DNA of 63,076 bases, counting the filler, from Intoshia linei (lineage: Eukaryota > Animalia > Orthonectida), in the NCBI GenBank assembly GCA_001642005.1. It is 6 parts of 6 records of this genome, joined end to end, with 100 filler letters (N's around TTAATTAATTAA, not from the genome) between each part and the next. Parts side by side here need not be neighbours in the genome. Positions count along the whole stretch, not along the records: positions 1 to 27,205 come from LWCA01000441.1; 5 more parts are not named here. One strand, written 5' to 3'. The notes under the pieces were generated by a model. That model was not told where the DNA came from. It saw only the letters and a program-made list of their open reading frames with translations, and made no database searches. Below, piece by piece: positions 1 to 12,882 of this stretch. Numbering within the stretch: position 1 is the first letter of the stretch; each line of letters starts with the position of its first letter. Both the position numbers and the translations under genes were made by a program.

Positions 1-212
1 AGCACCACTATAACATTATGGTAGACTTGTAAAATTTCGTACAGATGTATAAATTAATGAAACGAACAAAATTTTCACTTATCCCTCCAGAAATCTGAAA
101 ATAATTATTTACTATGAAAAATATGTCCACCCTAATGTACATTGTACAAGTGGTTTTATATTTATTTATAAACAATACAATTTTGTTCAAACAATTTTTA
201 AAGTAAAACAAA

Positions 213-428
213 TATAAAAACACTGTATACCTAAAAAACGATTTTAGATGAATAGAGTGGAGCGTTGATAAATTTTTTGGTTGTTATGGGATATTTTTAT
301 AGAAAGTTTGGATCCACTGATATAAGTGACAGTAATAAATATATATACGACGTAGTCGAAAATTTTTTTAGAGGGGCGTTGAGAAAATATATTACTAAAA
401 AGGGGACGGTAGGCAAAATGAGTTTGAG
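213..428 (+). repeat. Truncated copy of the hAT-type MITE found intact at 25317-25628
   Basis: Near-identical to 25361-25620 (tataaaaacactgtatacc...tagagtggagcgttgat...cgacgtagtcgaaaatt...ggtaggcaaaatgagtttg); lacks the TIRs. Confidence 0.85.
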
Positions 429-1182
429 ATTTAGAATATAGTAGTAGGCCCCTAGCCTTATCCTCACGGTATTGGTGACAATATAATAAACTTAACATTA
501 AGGTAAAATTATAACTAAATATAATATAAATCGCGTAGCATATAATATAAGTAAGGATTTGCATATTATGCATGATTAATTAATGTCTTACGAAATTAGT
601 ATTTGTGTATATCAGATTTCTCAACGTTTTCGAATCTATGACACTTTAGGGTTATATATTTTCATATGGACCATAACCATTTTCTTTTAAACGTTAATTC
701 AAATTAATAATGCGACTATTCCAAGGAATCAGAATGGAGAATTGCTGGAATCATTTTTTTTAATGAATAGACACCGAAAAATTTTATCTTTTTTATTGTT
801 TCTGTTCCGTACGATTTTTTTCAAAACAGTAGTTTTGTTTGAGAATTTCGTTCAATTCCAGATTTAAACTTATTTTAATGATAACAATCTAATTTCATCA
901 ACATTTTAAAACCACATTCGTATCAATGAAGTATAATGAATTAAATATTTAATACATTATTGAAAACTGGAAATGAAAATGGAATATAAAAAGACCATAT
1001 TGAAACCCAAATAGACACTAAAGTGGTTTTAATGAGAAATTCAAATTTTTCAAAAAATGAAATTAATTAAATAATGTAACGTAATGGTAAACATTTTTAA
1101 GGTAATGTAAACGATGAAACGTGAAAGGAACAGTTTTTGCAGACGAAATTAAAATAATCCATTAAATTGAAGATTATGTACA

Positions 1183-1411
1183 TTGTACAATAATCAGAAT
1201 GTAATTGCAAAAAATGAAGATCCAATAGAATGGTGGCTTCAAAATCAATTAAATTTTCCGAATATTGGTGTATTTATAGAAAATATTTATCTGCGTATCC
1301 TTCGTCAATTGAAAGTGGTAAAATTTTCTACGTTGGAGGTTCTATCTATTCTCCACAATGAAATAGGATGATTTTAAAATAGGAGGAGCTAATGTTTTTA
1401 TATTATAATTA
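1183..1411 (+). mobile_element. Remnant of hAT transposase C-terminal dimerization domain
   Basis: DPIEWWLQNQLNFPNI, then after a frameshift YLSAYPSSIESGKIFYVGG...EELMFLYYN*; degenerate hATC pattern with internal stops. Confidence 0.7.
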
Positions 1412-1529
1412 AAATTTTTTGCTTCTGATATTTTATGAAGGTATTTATAATCTTTTATTATGATTCTTAGATGTTTGATAAATACTAGAATCTAGGTATG
1501 GTGGATAATCTAATCACAACAGAAATGGG

Positions 1530-1960
1530 TAAGCATTTACTATTTGAATGCCGCACAAACGTCGCAAAAAAATTTATAATTATTATATTATTAATAAAGC
1601 CACATCTTTCTAAATAAAATTTAATAAAATACAGCAGTGCTTCTTATAGGGTAATTAGTCACATCAAGACGTGAATAATTTTCTTAGGGGTGAATACGAA
1701 AATTTTAGATGATTGTAATGACAAATACATTTTTAGCATGTTTTATTCAATTTAGTAAAATCTTATAAGAAAAAACCAAAATTTTACCAACCCTTAAGGA
1801 AAAATCCCCTTTTACAAATATTTTGTTAACCAAAATTTTAGATCAAAAATCTCTCTATCTAATCCCAAAAGAAAAAACTCAATTTTACCAACCCTTTACG
1901 AAAAAAACCGCTTTCCCCAATATTTTTCTGAAAAATCCCATTTTACCAAAAATTAATATT
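1530..1960. repeat. Dispersed repeat, inverted copy at about 25650-26000
   Basis: Shared blocks such as gggtgaatacgaaaatttta, tttagatcaaaaatc and tcccaaaag appear reverse-complemented at 25690-25890. Confidence 0.7.
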
Positions 1961-2504
1961 TTAAAAATAATATAAATAAAATAAATTTAAACAAAAAATA
2001 ATTCAAAGTTCAGAAGGCCGCACCAAATCGTGAATAAGACCGCATTTTCCATCCTCTGCACTAGATTAATGTATAGACTAAATTATTTAAGCCTATATAA
2101 AATATTTAGAAATTTAGGAAACATCGCATCACTAATTCAAATGTTTAGTTGAATCAGGATAGGTGAAACAAATTTTTTTTCAGATAGTTTACAAAAATAA
2201 AAAAAATTGACAATCGCAAGATTTAAAACAACCCAAATTCTAATACAGTTTTTCAAAGTAAAAAACCCAATTTTCACTTTTTTAAAAAAAATCAACCCAA
2301 AAATTTAATAAAACATACATACATTCTGGGATAGTTTTTAAAATCATAACGGAAACCTCAAAAAAAATATAATTTTCACAATGAAAACCCCACATTACCA
2401 TTTTTATTAAAATGAAAACAGCCCTAGAATTTAAAAAAAATTACAGATGGTACAGTTGTATCCTGTTAATACACACACACAAATTCAATCTGAATAAGTA
2501 ACGC

Positions 2505-2815
2505 CTTCACGGTTAAAAAAGTACTTTAATATTCATTTTTTTTATTTCGAAACTATTTTAATAAAAAAAAATGTGAAATAATTAACGGTCCGAAAATTAA
2601 AAAAAAAAAGATTATTCTGATAGAGCTTATTCCATTTAATATAATTACAAAATTTCAACCTCAGAAGTCTATGCATTCCCGGTGAAGAATAATTTTTAAT
2701 ATATTATCAACCAATATTTTTCAAATGTTAGATTAAAATTAAAAACTAAAAAGTAAAATAATCATGCTACAATTTCAAAAAAAAATGTGAATTGAACGTC
2801 TACACATTTCAAATA
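2505..2815. repeat. Dispersed repeat family A (probable non-autonomous DNA transposon). Other copies at about 9140-9295, 15170-15370, 32700-32790, 48032-48350, 61430-61715 and 63005-63076
   Basis: Recurrent core caaaatttcaacc(c/t)cagaa(a/g)tcta(c/t)gcattcccggtgaa...aatatattatcaaccaatatttttca in both orientations. Confidence 0.85.
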
Positions 2816-3049
2816 AACAAATATTAGCAGAGCTAGGATGCTGTTTGTACGAAGTACATAACAGTCAAGCTAGTACATATTAATTCAAAAGGGACAATTT
2901 TTAAAATTTAAAGACAAATACAAATAGTGATAAAATTTTTAGTAATCCCAATAATTTTCTATCGATATGTATTGTACCAAATCTATGTTTTTTCATTGGT
3001 TTTATTTGTCACATGCCTACATGTACTGTGGGAAAACGTTGTTCTATAT

Positions 3050-3620
3050 CAGGGATGGGCAACATACGGCCTGCGAGGTGTTTAGATCAGGCCCAAAATA
3101 ATTTTTATAATAAAAATTATTTTTTAATTTAAAATTCTAAATTGTACGTTATAATTAACATTAACAGATTAAAAATTTAAATAGTAACATATTTTGTCGT
3201 CTTAAATGAGCAAGACAATAAAAAAGAGAAAAGTGGACTCTGAATGCAGAATTTTCCAAAAATTATGGGAATTAGAATATTATTTCATAGAGCACTACAA
3301 CAAACCTGTTTGTGTAATTTGCCCAGAAAATGTTGCTGTTAATAAAGTAAATAACATCAAGCTTCATTATGAAAAACATAAATCGACATTTCAAAAAATT
3401 CATGGAAATTTGAGATTAGACGAATTCAATAAATTAAAAAATGGTTTAAAAAACAGGCTATTTTGTTCACGAATAGGGTTGCCAACTGCATTATTTTCCC
3501 CCTGAGACTTCGGATTTTCAAATTCAACTCAGGGTGTAGTGTTAAGTGATATTTCTCCAAACCAAAAATTCTTAAAATTTATTTTTCCGGCCCGCTATCA
3601 CAGAAAGTTGCCCATCCCTG
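3050..3620 (+). mobile_element. Internally deleted hAT (Buster/SPIN-like) element
   Basis: Perfect 14-bp TIR CAGGGATGGGCAAC/GTTGCCCATCCCTG; 8-bp TSD TTCTATAT/TTCTATAG. ORF 3206-3505 (KRKVDSECRIF..W..EYYF...VCVIC...NIKLHY) matches the N-terminal zinc finger of SPIN/GTF2IRD2-type transposases. Confidence 0.92.
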
Positions 3621-3684
3621 TTCTATAGCATAGGAGGCTATAAAGCAGTCCCAAATTTACATTTTAATAAAAATAATTAATTAC

Positions 3685-4603
3685 ATCTTCGTAAAGTTCG
3701 ATTGCTTTTTTATATTGTTGTTTCTCAGAGCAAAACTGTGCAACTTTAAGAAGACATTTGTTTGCGGCACTATATTATATTTCTATCATTCTATAATTAC
3801 TAACCTATTTGATTCTTCACCTCTATAATAGTCACCAGCTTTTTCATAATGAAACAGCGCCTAAATAACATTTCATCAGAATATTTTCAATGCATAATAA
3901 TTTTAATATTTAATACCTTATCTATATCAGCAAGTTCTGTTTCATAAATATCTGCTATAGAACAATGATATCTCGCCGCAACAACAAAACGACCCTGTAA
4001 AAAATTAGACAAATATAGACTGTTTTTACCATATGAGTATAAATTTCGATTGCTTTATTATATGATAATATTGCCCCTAAACGCTTGAATTTAAAAATGA
4101 ATATTATTAATTTAATCACACATTGACAACACCGAATGGATCCAAAAATTCATAAGTTAGTCAATAAAAATTGATCCAAGACGATTAGTTCATTGTGACT
4201 TAGTCATTCCCATTCAAGATGTATGTTATAATTTTACCATTTACGTTTACTTTTTTATAAGCATTGGCAGCATCAACATATGCAGTAGCAGCTTCATGTT
4301 TAACATCTAGTTTTTCTCTAAGAGTACCAATTTTTTCATAGGTTGTTGCAGCCTCTAAATACACTTGAATATATACATTTATGCTTCAACTGTCCCAGCA
4401 TTTAGCCATTTTATACAGATTGGCAGCTTTTATCAATATATCACACGCATCTTCCAAATTTACATTTCCGCTGGACCTATGAATATATTTAGCAGACAAA
4501 AAATGAAGGTTTACTTGAAAATAGATCCAAAAAAACCTGATATTGATTTAGCCTTTTTTTCTCCAAGGTGAACTAATTCATCAGCTTTTTCTTCTTCAGA
4601 CAT
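3685..4603 (-). CDS. NAPA: Alpha-SNAP (soluble NSF attachment protein), multi-exon; 3' exons not found
   Basis: Spliced exons read [98 protein letters not shown] and [28 protein letters not shown]...AIELYED. Confidence 0.9.
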
Positions 4604-4919
4604 ATTTCAATCTAAACTAAAACTCTAAAATTAAATCAATACAAAATAACTATAAGGTAGTCATGATTTTGATTTTTAAAATCAATATATTTTTATTTTA
4701 TATTAAATTTTATTAATTTATTTTTCAGTCTCGTAGTGTATATGAATTATAAATCCAACGTGTGCAGTGCACACTGCAGTATGTTTATTTTTATTAATGT
4801 ATTGGATTACATTTGGCATAAAAATATTAATATTTTTACTTTTTTTATTAAGTCTATTTATCGCTCATAATAAATATTACCTGGTATTTAATTATTTTTA
4901 AAAAATATGTAGCCTCAAA
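4604..4919. promoter_or_regulatory. Probable bidirectional promoter between alpha-SNAP and WDR6
   Basis: Two divergent ATGs 316 bp apart; a GC-richer quasi-palindrome gtgtgcagtgcacactgcagt lies at about 4760-4780. Confidence 0.5.
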
Positions 4920-7900
4920 ATGAAAAATTTAACAATATTTGATAAAACACCCATTAATGCAATAAATTGTTGTGGAAATATTTTATTTTTGGGGTCTAAT
5001 AAGATACTGAAAGCATACAATTTAAACACCAATGAAACTCTTCAAGATGTAAATATTTCGACTCAAAGAAATATAAAAAAAATTGAAATATCAAAAAGTC
5101 TAACAAATGAAAAACATGAACAAATCAAATACAGAGTGGTAGCAATTATTGCCTATTATGAATTACTTGTTGGGAAAATTGCTGAAAATTTTTTTGTTGA
5201 ACCAAATGAAGCAATTTGTTTTCAACGTATTTATTTTGAATCCAAAATATCAAGTTTAAATTTTAGCTTTTTCGATAAAATGTACATTTTTTGTAATGAT
5301 TTCAAATTACACGTACTGTTAATTTCGGATTTCAAAAAATCTAGCTCTATGGAGCTTGACGATTATCAATTTCTAATTTCTAGTTCAACTATGGTTATAG
5401 AAAAAAAAGCTTACATTTTATGTACCTCTATGATGGGCCATGTAAAATTATATTTTAGAGATTATTCAGATGTTGATTTCCAATCCGTTTTATTTGAAAT
5501 GGACAACATGTCGATGATTACTTGTTGTAAAATTGATTTTAATTCTAATTTAGCTTTTATAATTTCTGATGATTGGGCTCTTTCCATTTACGATTTATCA
5601 ATTCCAAAACACCCGAAACTGATTTCTAGAAAAATTTCGCATACTGCTAGGCCTTGGTGTATTGACTATGAAAATGGTGCTAAAGTTATAGCCACAAGTG
5701 GACAAGATGGTCAAGTTATTTTGTCTGATTATGTTGGTCAATTTATGGGTAAAATTGCGTTTCATCAAATAACGAATATACTATCAATCAAAATATTTAA
5801 TGAAAAAATTTTTATAGGCTCTGAAAATTCTTTTTCTAGTGTGTTAATTGATGATATCAAAAAGCAAAATATCAATCTTTTGCTAGAAAATTTTCAAACT
5901 GAACCAAGAAAATTGAAAGCACTATCAATGTCATTGTTCCAAGAGGGTGCTCTAATTTTTGAGTTGAATTTTATTCACTATTTTTACAACAACTATAAAA
6001 AAATTCAAATCCCACAAAGTTACAGGAATAATGATAACAAAGTAAACATTTGTTCAATTTCTTGGGACTTTTTTTGTCTTTTTATGGTATGTAATGGATT
6101 ACATATTACATTTTATGTCATAGATGTGGATTTTAAAGTTACGGAATTGAATACTCAACATAATTTATTTAATAGTTTTCACATATCCAAAATGTGGAAG
6201 TTAAATCAAAATATATTTCCCAATTTAATTGGTTTTGTAGATTCTATCAATTTATCCATTCTTTCATTGGATCAGAAAAATTTAGAATTAAATGTTGTCT
6301 ACCTTGTTCCATTAATCAAATTATACAAATCAAAGATTACAGTTGTATTTGTCGATTTTTACTGTAGGTTTGTTATGATTGGTTTTAGAAACGGGACTAT
6401 TGAAATGCGTAGATTATTTATATATTGTGAAAATGAAAATTTCAAAAAAATTTTAAAATGTCATAATAATGAATCTGTGATGGATATAATACAGGATAAC
6501 CGATTTAATCGGTTGTTTAGTTGTGGGCGAGATGGGTATCTTGTTGAATATTCATATTCAACAGACCGGGTCGATTATGTATTTAAAATAGTTATGCGCT
6601 ATCGAATAAAATTAATGAATTGGATTGAAAAATTGTTTTTATGTGAAAATGAATTATTTATCCTTGGTTTTAAGGCGAATAGAATGATATTATTAAACCA
6701 TTCTAATTTTGATGTACAATATGATATGGTATGCGGTGGAGGACACGGTGTAAGGGTTTTCAAACTTTACCTTGAAGATACTATCAAAACATTTGCATAT
6801 TATACTTCAAGAGGTGGTATCATCAAATATAAAAGAGAACCAATATATCCATTAATACACTTTACCGCTAACATGCTTCACGGGAAACAAATAAATCGTT
6901 CCATTATTCACAAGTTTAATTTTGATACTAAAAAATACATGGTTCTATTTACATGCAGTGAAGATTGTTCATTAAAAATATCCTACATTTCCAACAAAAA
7001 ATTAAATATTATGTGTACTTTACAGGACTTTTCATCTTCTGTAAAAGATATTACCCTGATTGACATTCAAAACTTATTCCTATTAATAGCTGGAGGCGGA
7101 CAATGTGAATTAAATTTTTTTGTCTTTTCAATGTTAAAATTGGAATCACCAAAAATTTTATTTAGAAACAATATGAAATATTTCGTCCAATCCTGTATGA
7201 ATAATTCAAAAATTTCAAGTTCTAAAATTAATGTGACGATACTTCATATAAGAGCCATCCATATACAACCCAATATTTTTGTAGCTTGCGCTCTTTCAGA
7301 TGGGTCGTTAAGCTTTTATCTTTTACAAATTTCTTTAAATAATTTTAAAATAATTCCTTTTGTTAAGGAAACAGTAAAAATTGAATCAAATTTTATCACC
7401 GATATATGTATCAACAACGAAAATGATATCAATGTCAATATTACCTCTCTAGAGTCTCATAAAATAATGAGCATCAACAATCTAACAATCCACGATACTC
7501 ATTTTTCTTTCGATTATCAAATTCGTACGTTCAATTTTGAAAAAAAAAATATTAGAAAATCTTTTCATCTTTTAAAAGATGGGTTATATAATTTTGGTAA
7601 TTTTGATTTATTTATTGTCAACACTAATTTATTTAATGTGAAGTTTTTTATATCTTAGAAATAATTTTGAGCAGCTTTTATAAATTATATGATATTAAAA
7701 AAATTAATGGAATTTTCTTGTACCAGCAAAATTTTTTCAATATATAAATGTCTAGTGTGTAAAATGTAAACTGAACACAACAAAGCTTGTGACTCACAAA
7801 TTTTTAATATTTATAATTAAGTACTAATGTACTCGGAAAAATAGGTAATTTTCCTTCATGGTTGCTAAAATTTTTGGTTTTTATTTTGAGGTTGGATTAA

Positions 7901-10900
7901 GAGTTTTTTCTCGTAAGGTTTGAAAGTTTTTAAAAAAATGTAGGAAAAGAGTTTTTACCTTAACTTAAGGAGTAAACCTTAAAGGTTGGTAAAATTCGAT
8001 TTTTTCTGGATTGGATTTAAAAGTTTTTTGTAAAATCGTAAGAAGAGATTTTTAAATAAAGGGCTTGAAATTGTATTTTTTATTAAATTTTATTAATGGT
8101 GGGATAAAAGTGGGATTTTTAAAATAATAATTTAATGGTCGTCTAGGCTTTGGGATAAAATCCCAATATTTGGCAACTCTGCAATAATGTATTTGTCAAA
8201 AATAAACTAATTTTTTAATTTTACGCATTATAATGGGCAATTAGTAATCTTATCTTAATTTATTTCAATTTCAAATAAAGTGCTATTTCTTTTATTATCC
8301 GTCAAATTAATTACTATTACTTTTTATTATTTTAGAAAATACTCTATTTCAAGTTTCGGATTGTGGAACATTGTTAGTATATAAAATACTTTGTGACAAT
8401 TATGAATGTATTTACGAATGTAGAATTGGTGTCGATGCTCTCATAGGTTTTTATTGCAATTAATTTTATTTTTATAATTACATTAAATGACCGTTATGTA
8501 CTTTGTACAAACATCAGCTAGCTCTGTCGATGGCGATTTTTAATTTATGAGACAATGAGTGTATTATCTTAAAAACAATCAAATTATAATTAAAACCCTA
8601 AAAAATCCTCATAAAAAACATGAATCCCAGAATAAATGTAAATACCTGTGTTCTATAGTATTTTCTTCTATCATGAATTTCTGGTGAAGAAGTGATGCCC
8701 AAACTTATTTCACCATGGTCAATTCAAATCAAATTAAATTTATATAAAATTTTTGACTTCATTTTATTTTGTTCACATTTGTGAAAATACTTTTAAAAAC
8801 AATTTGGTGATGCGACTTTTTTAATTTATAAGAAATTTTAAGTTTATATTGTTAAAAATAAAGTAAAAACAATACAATCCTAACAATTGTCATAAATAGC
8901 TTAAATTACAGAAAAAATAAAATTGTAAATAAACCTATATATTCAGTATCTGCTTTCGATAAGTAAAAAATATCAATAATAATTAACGGAATCAGCACTT
9001 TAGAAACATATTTCAGATGAATTTTATAATTGAAAAGCATTGTAATAAATATAAAAATGATAATAACAAAATTGTACTTTTACTAATTCGTTGATGTAGT
9101 TTTAATTTTAAACAAAATGTTTTCAAAATGAGAAGTTGAGAATGAAAAATTGCGTAGCAATGAAAAAAAATCTGAAGGAATCAATTATATATATTTCCAC
9201 CCATAATTCTTTATTAGAAATGTTGACATTCAATACAACTTTTTTTTTGAAATTATAGGATGATTATTGATTTGATAATTATCAACCAATATATTATAAT
9301 TAGGGCGGTTTTTTATTAACCTATAAAAATTTTCTAATTACAAAAATATAAACTTCAAATTGATATCTTTTCAGATCGACTTTTAGGAAATTTTGGCATT
9401 CAAATAATAATACTATATCAATCTATGTCATATAAATAATATAAAATTAGAATGACTTGTTATATCGCAAGTGTAATACTGTATATAAAACTGTTAAAAA
9501 AATATGATATTTGTAAAACTCGACTCTTCTTACTTTCTTAAATATATAAACAGACCTACATTTTTAACCATTTTACTTTATATAAGTAAGGATTAAAAAA
9601 AGGGTTATTTCAGATTTTTACCCACCAGGACTCAAATTCTGAAAATGAAATTTGGTATTTTAATTATAGTTTTAGACTCTTAATGTTTTAATTAAACGAT
9701 AACACACTTACAGAGAAATTCAATTTTATATAAGTAAAGGATTTTCATGTCATACCTAATATTAAGATAATATGCAAGAATTGTCATATTCAGTGATATC
9801 ATTAATTATATAAACTTAATATTATAATTAACTCAACTTAACTTTCGACAATACAATCTCTCGATTTATAATCTATTAGGAAACTATTTTTTACTAAAAA
9901 ATTTTCACTGAATTAATAATAATTTTTTTTTGATTGAACTGTTTAATTTCAATCAAATTGAAATATTAAATTTAAATTTATTTGAAAGTTATGTTAGCCC
10001 AAAAAATTTTTGACAATTAGGTTATTTTTTGAAGCTTCCTATCATAAAAAACGTTGAGGAAACCAGAGTTTTTAAACAAATATTGAACTCTCCTACACTG
10101 TTTCATAAGTAATGTAATTGTAATGTAATTCTTTCGATATTGAATATATTATTCAATGATTCACTGACTTGTCAATTACGCGCCCACTATATACATTATA
10201 CATATATGTATATTCGGTTATTTAGATTATTATAGTGTTGTTGTAAAATGTAAATGAGTGACAGTTCTACATTAGTTGAACTATAACTAATAATTATAAT
10301 AATTATTACAGACCCGTCCATATGTTTTGAGCACCTTATAAAATCGTTAATTATTTTATTAATAAGTGTTTTTGATTTATTTATTTTATATTTCATGGAA
10401 TATAAATATTATCGGAAATTATTAATTAAATTTGAAGACTGTTAGATAATTATTAGATATGAGAACGATGATATTATTAAATTGTAATAATTTTAGTCGT
10501 TCATATGTTTTGAGCACCCGTGATTAATTGTATAATTAAGCGTCATAATTAAATAAATTTAATTTAAAAATGTTTAATTATGTCAGTACTTGATATTTCT
10601 GCCATTTAATGAAAATATGTCATCTAATCTCGGAATAAACTCATTAAGTTTTTTGATATAATCGTTAGGTATTTTATAAAATTCTTCATTTGTTAATCTT
10701 TATAGTGACTTTAAATTTTGAGGACATCGTTGATGCACCTTTTCTTCAATTCACTCCAAAGATTTTCGATTATATTCAAATCTAGATTCTGTGACGTCCA
10801 ATTTGGTAGCATATTTAGATGCTGAGTTTGTATCCATTGGCTTGTAAATCGTGATGTATGAGACGAAGCACCATCTTGTAGAATATATATTGTCTTATGC

Positions 10901-12344
10901 ATTTCACACATATAACGTTTTAAAATATTACAATAAACGCGACTAAAGCCTTGAACAAGCACTCTCTTTCCGTCCTGCATAATCGCACCCAAACCATAAT
11001 ACTTGGAGAAAATTTGACAGTGGCGTGGACATGTGACAATCTATATCTAGTATTTTTTCGCCGTCTTATATACTTCCTGGCTCTAGAGTTTAGATTTATC
11101 TTAGTTTTATCGCTATAAACGAAATTATTATTATTGTACTAATAATACAAAATCCCAATTATGCTCAGACCAGTCTCGACGGTTTTGGAACCAGTTCAAT
11201 ATTTTTCTCTTGTTCAAGGTTTTCAGATAAGAGTTTTTCACTGCAATGCGTCCAAATAAACCGCTACGTCTTAGAAAACGTTTAACAGTACCGAGACTAA
11301 CTTTTGAACCCGATGGTATCCAATTTTGCAGCTGATTAGCAGTCAAGAAAGGGTTTGATTTTCCTTTAATTTGTAATAAACAATCCTCCCTGACTGACAT
11401 TTTTCTTGGTCTCCCTTTTTTAGGTCGATTAATTAGATGTAGACCTTTTTGATTATTTATTGAACTGTGTGCCTGAAGACGGAAAGCTCTCTAGCAATTT
11501 TTAGTGGGGTATACCCTCTATTGAAATAAGTGACCAACAATTCGCGCTTCTGAATATTTATTTGACGCATCTAATTGAAATTTCATAGAAGAATAATATT
11601 AATTACCTATATTGCAAAAAATAAGTTTTTAAAAGTAATGAAAGTGAAAGTGCTCAAAATATTTGAAAGAGTAAATATTGTTATGTATCTAAATTATGTA
11701 TGTAAATTTAATGTATCGTCGTAACCAAAACTATTTTTTAAGGAATGGAATTTGTGTTATTTAGTACGTTAGCCACTTAAAAAATTATATAATTGAAAAT
11801 TTTATACAGATTGCGGCGATTTTACTAAGTGCATAAAACATATGGACGAGTCTGTATAAATATTGATTTTTAATATCTAATTATATTGTATAGACTAGTG
11901 TTAACTGCAATCAGGCCTCTCAAGACCGCCATAAATATAGAAATACCAAAACGTTGGTATTGAGAGGACTGACTGTAATTTTAAAATGATATATAGTTAC
12001 AATTTTGAATTGATTATTTAAAATTTAGATTTGAATGTGTTGAAAATTGATGATACAATTTATGTTATGGTTTTAAGCCAAACTTGCAACTTAACTTATT
12101 GGAAATTTAATATTACCCCCAAATTTGAAACAGTTTACATTATTTATTATTATGCTAATATTATTATTAGCTAATCGAAGGAAAGAGAATTGCAATAAAT
12201 AATTCTCTAGCTTGCACCAATATGAGCAGTTATTACGACGGGTAAGATTATTGTTTCGATGTATAGTTTAATTTTTATAGAGAAAGCATTAGCGTAGTTA
12301 TATGTGGAACCGGGTCTATCATTCTCAAACTGGATATTAATTAG
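4920..12344 (+). CDS. WDR6: WD-repeat protein 6 (Trm734-like tRNA methyltransferase cofactor)
   Basis: Long first exon with CGGGH, LHGKQI, TCSEDCSLKI and AGGGQCEL motifs typical of WDR6. Further exons at about 8337-8446, 12029-12132, 12171-12241 and 12281-12344, ending VVICGTGSIILKLDIN*. Confidence 0.8.
10309..11854 (-). mobile_element. Full-length but decayed Tc1-family transposon with IR/DR ends, in a WDR6 intron
   Basis: TA TSD on both sides; TIR CAGACCCGTCCATATGTTTTGAGCAC / GTGCATAAAACATATGGACGAGTCTG; inner direct repeats at about 10496-10519 and 11650-11672. Transposase starts at ATG 11570 and has GRPRK, QDGASSH and DLNIIENLW, broken by stops and frameshifts. Confidence 0.93.
11908..11975. 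mobile_element. Tiny (68-bp) pogo/Tigger-like MITE
   Basis: 20-bp TIRs caatcaggcctctcaagacc vs ggtattgagaggactgactg (17/20 match); TA on the right flank. Confidence 0.55.
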
Positions 12345-12882
12345 TTTAATTTTTGTAAGGCTCTTAAATGTGTAAAATTATTTATTATATAAATTAAAAC
12401 TTACCCAATGTATGTTTCGTTTGTACCTAAGCTCTAATATAAGGGTTTTATATATTATGCATGATAGTATATTTATCATTTCTAAAGTCTGTTGTTAAAT
12501 TATTGTATAATTTACTTGTATCATGTAAGTAGCGTATTGATTTATTTGTGATTTTATGAGAACTACTCCTTTTATACATCTACATTATAATTATAAAGCT
12601 ACTGTGGCGATCAAAAATATATGGAGCAAATGTAACGCTGATTGTACTTATATAGATTTCGCAACTAACATATATTCCACAATTCTATTTAACAATAGTA
12701 AAAACAAACGTAAAGAAAAAAAAATTGTATATACACAAGAAATGGGTATGCGACTTAATATAAAGCGTAACAATCGCAACATCTTTTATTTATTTAGTAA
12801 ATCAAGCTTATTTGAAGAATAGACGTGGCTCGAGTAAATTATTTACTTTCATTTATTTTTTTGTTCGTATTTTTAAATTTCA

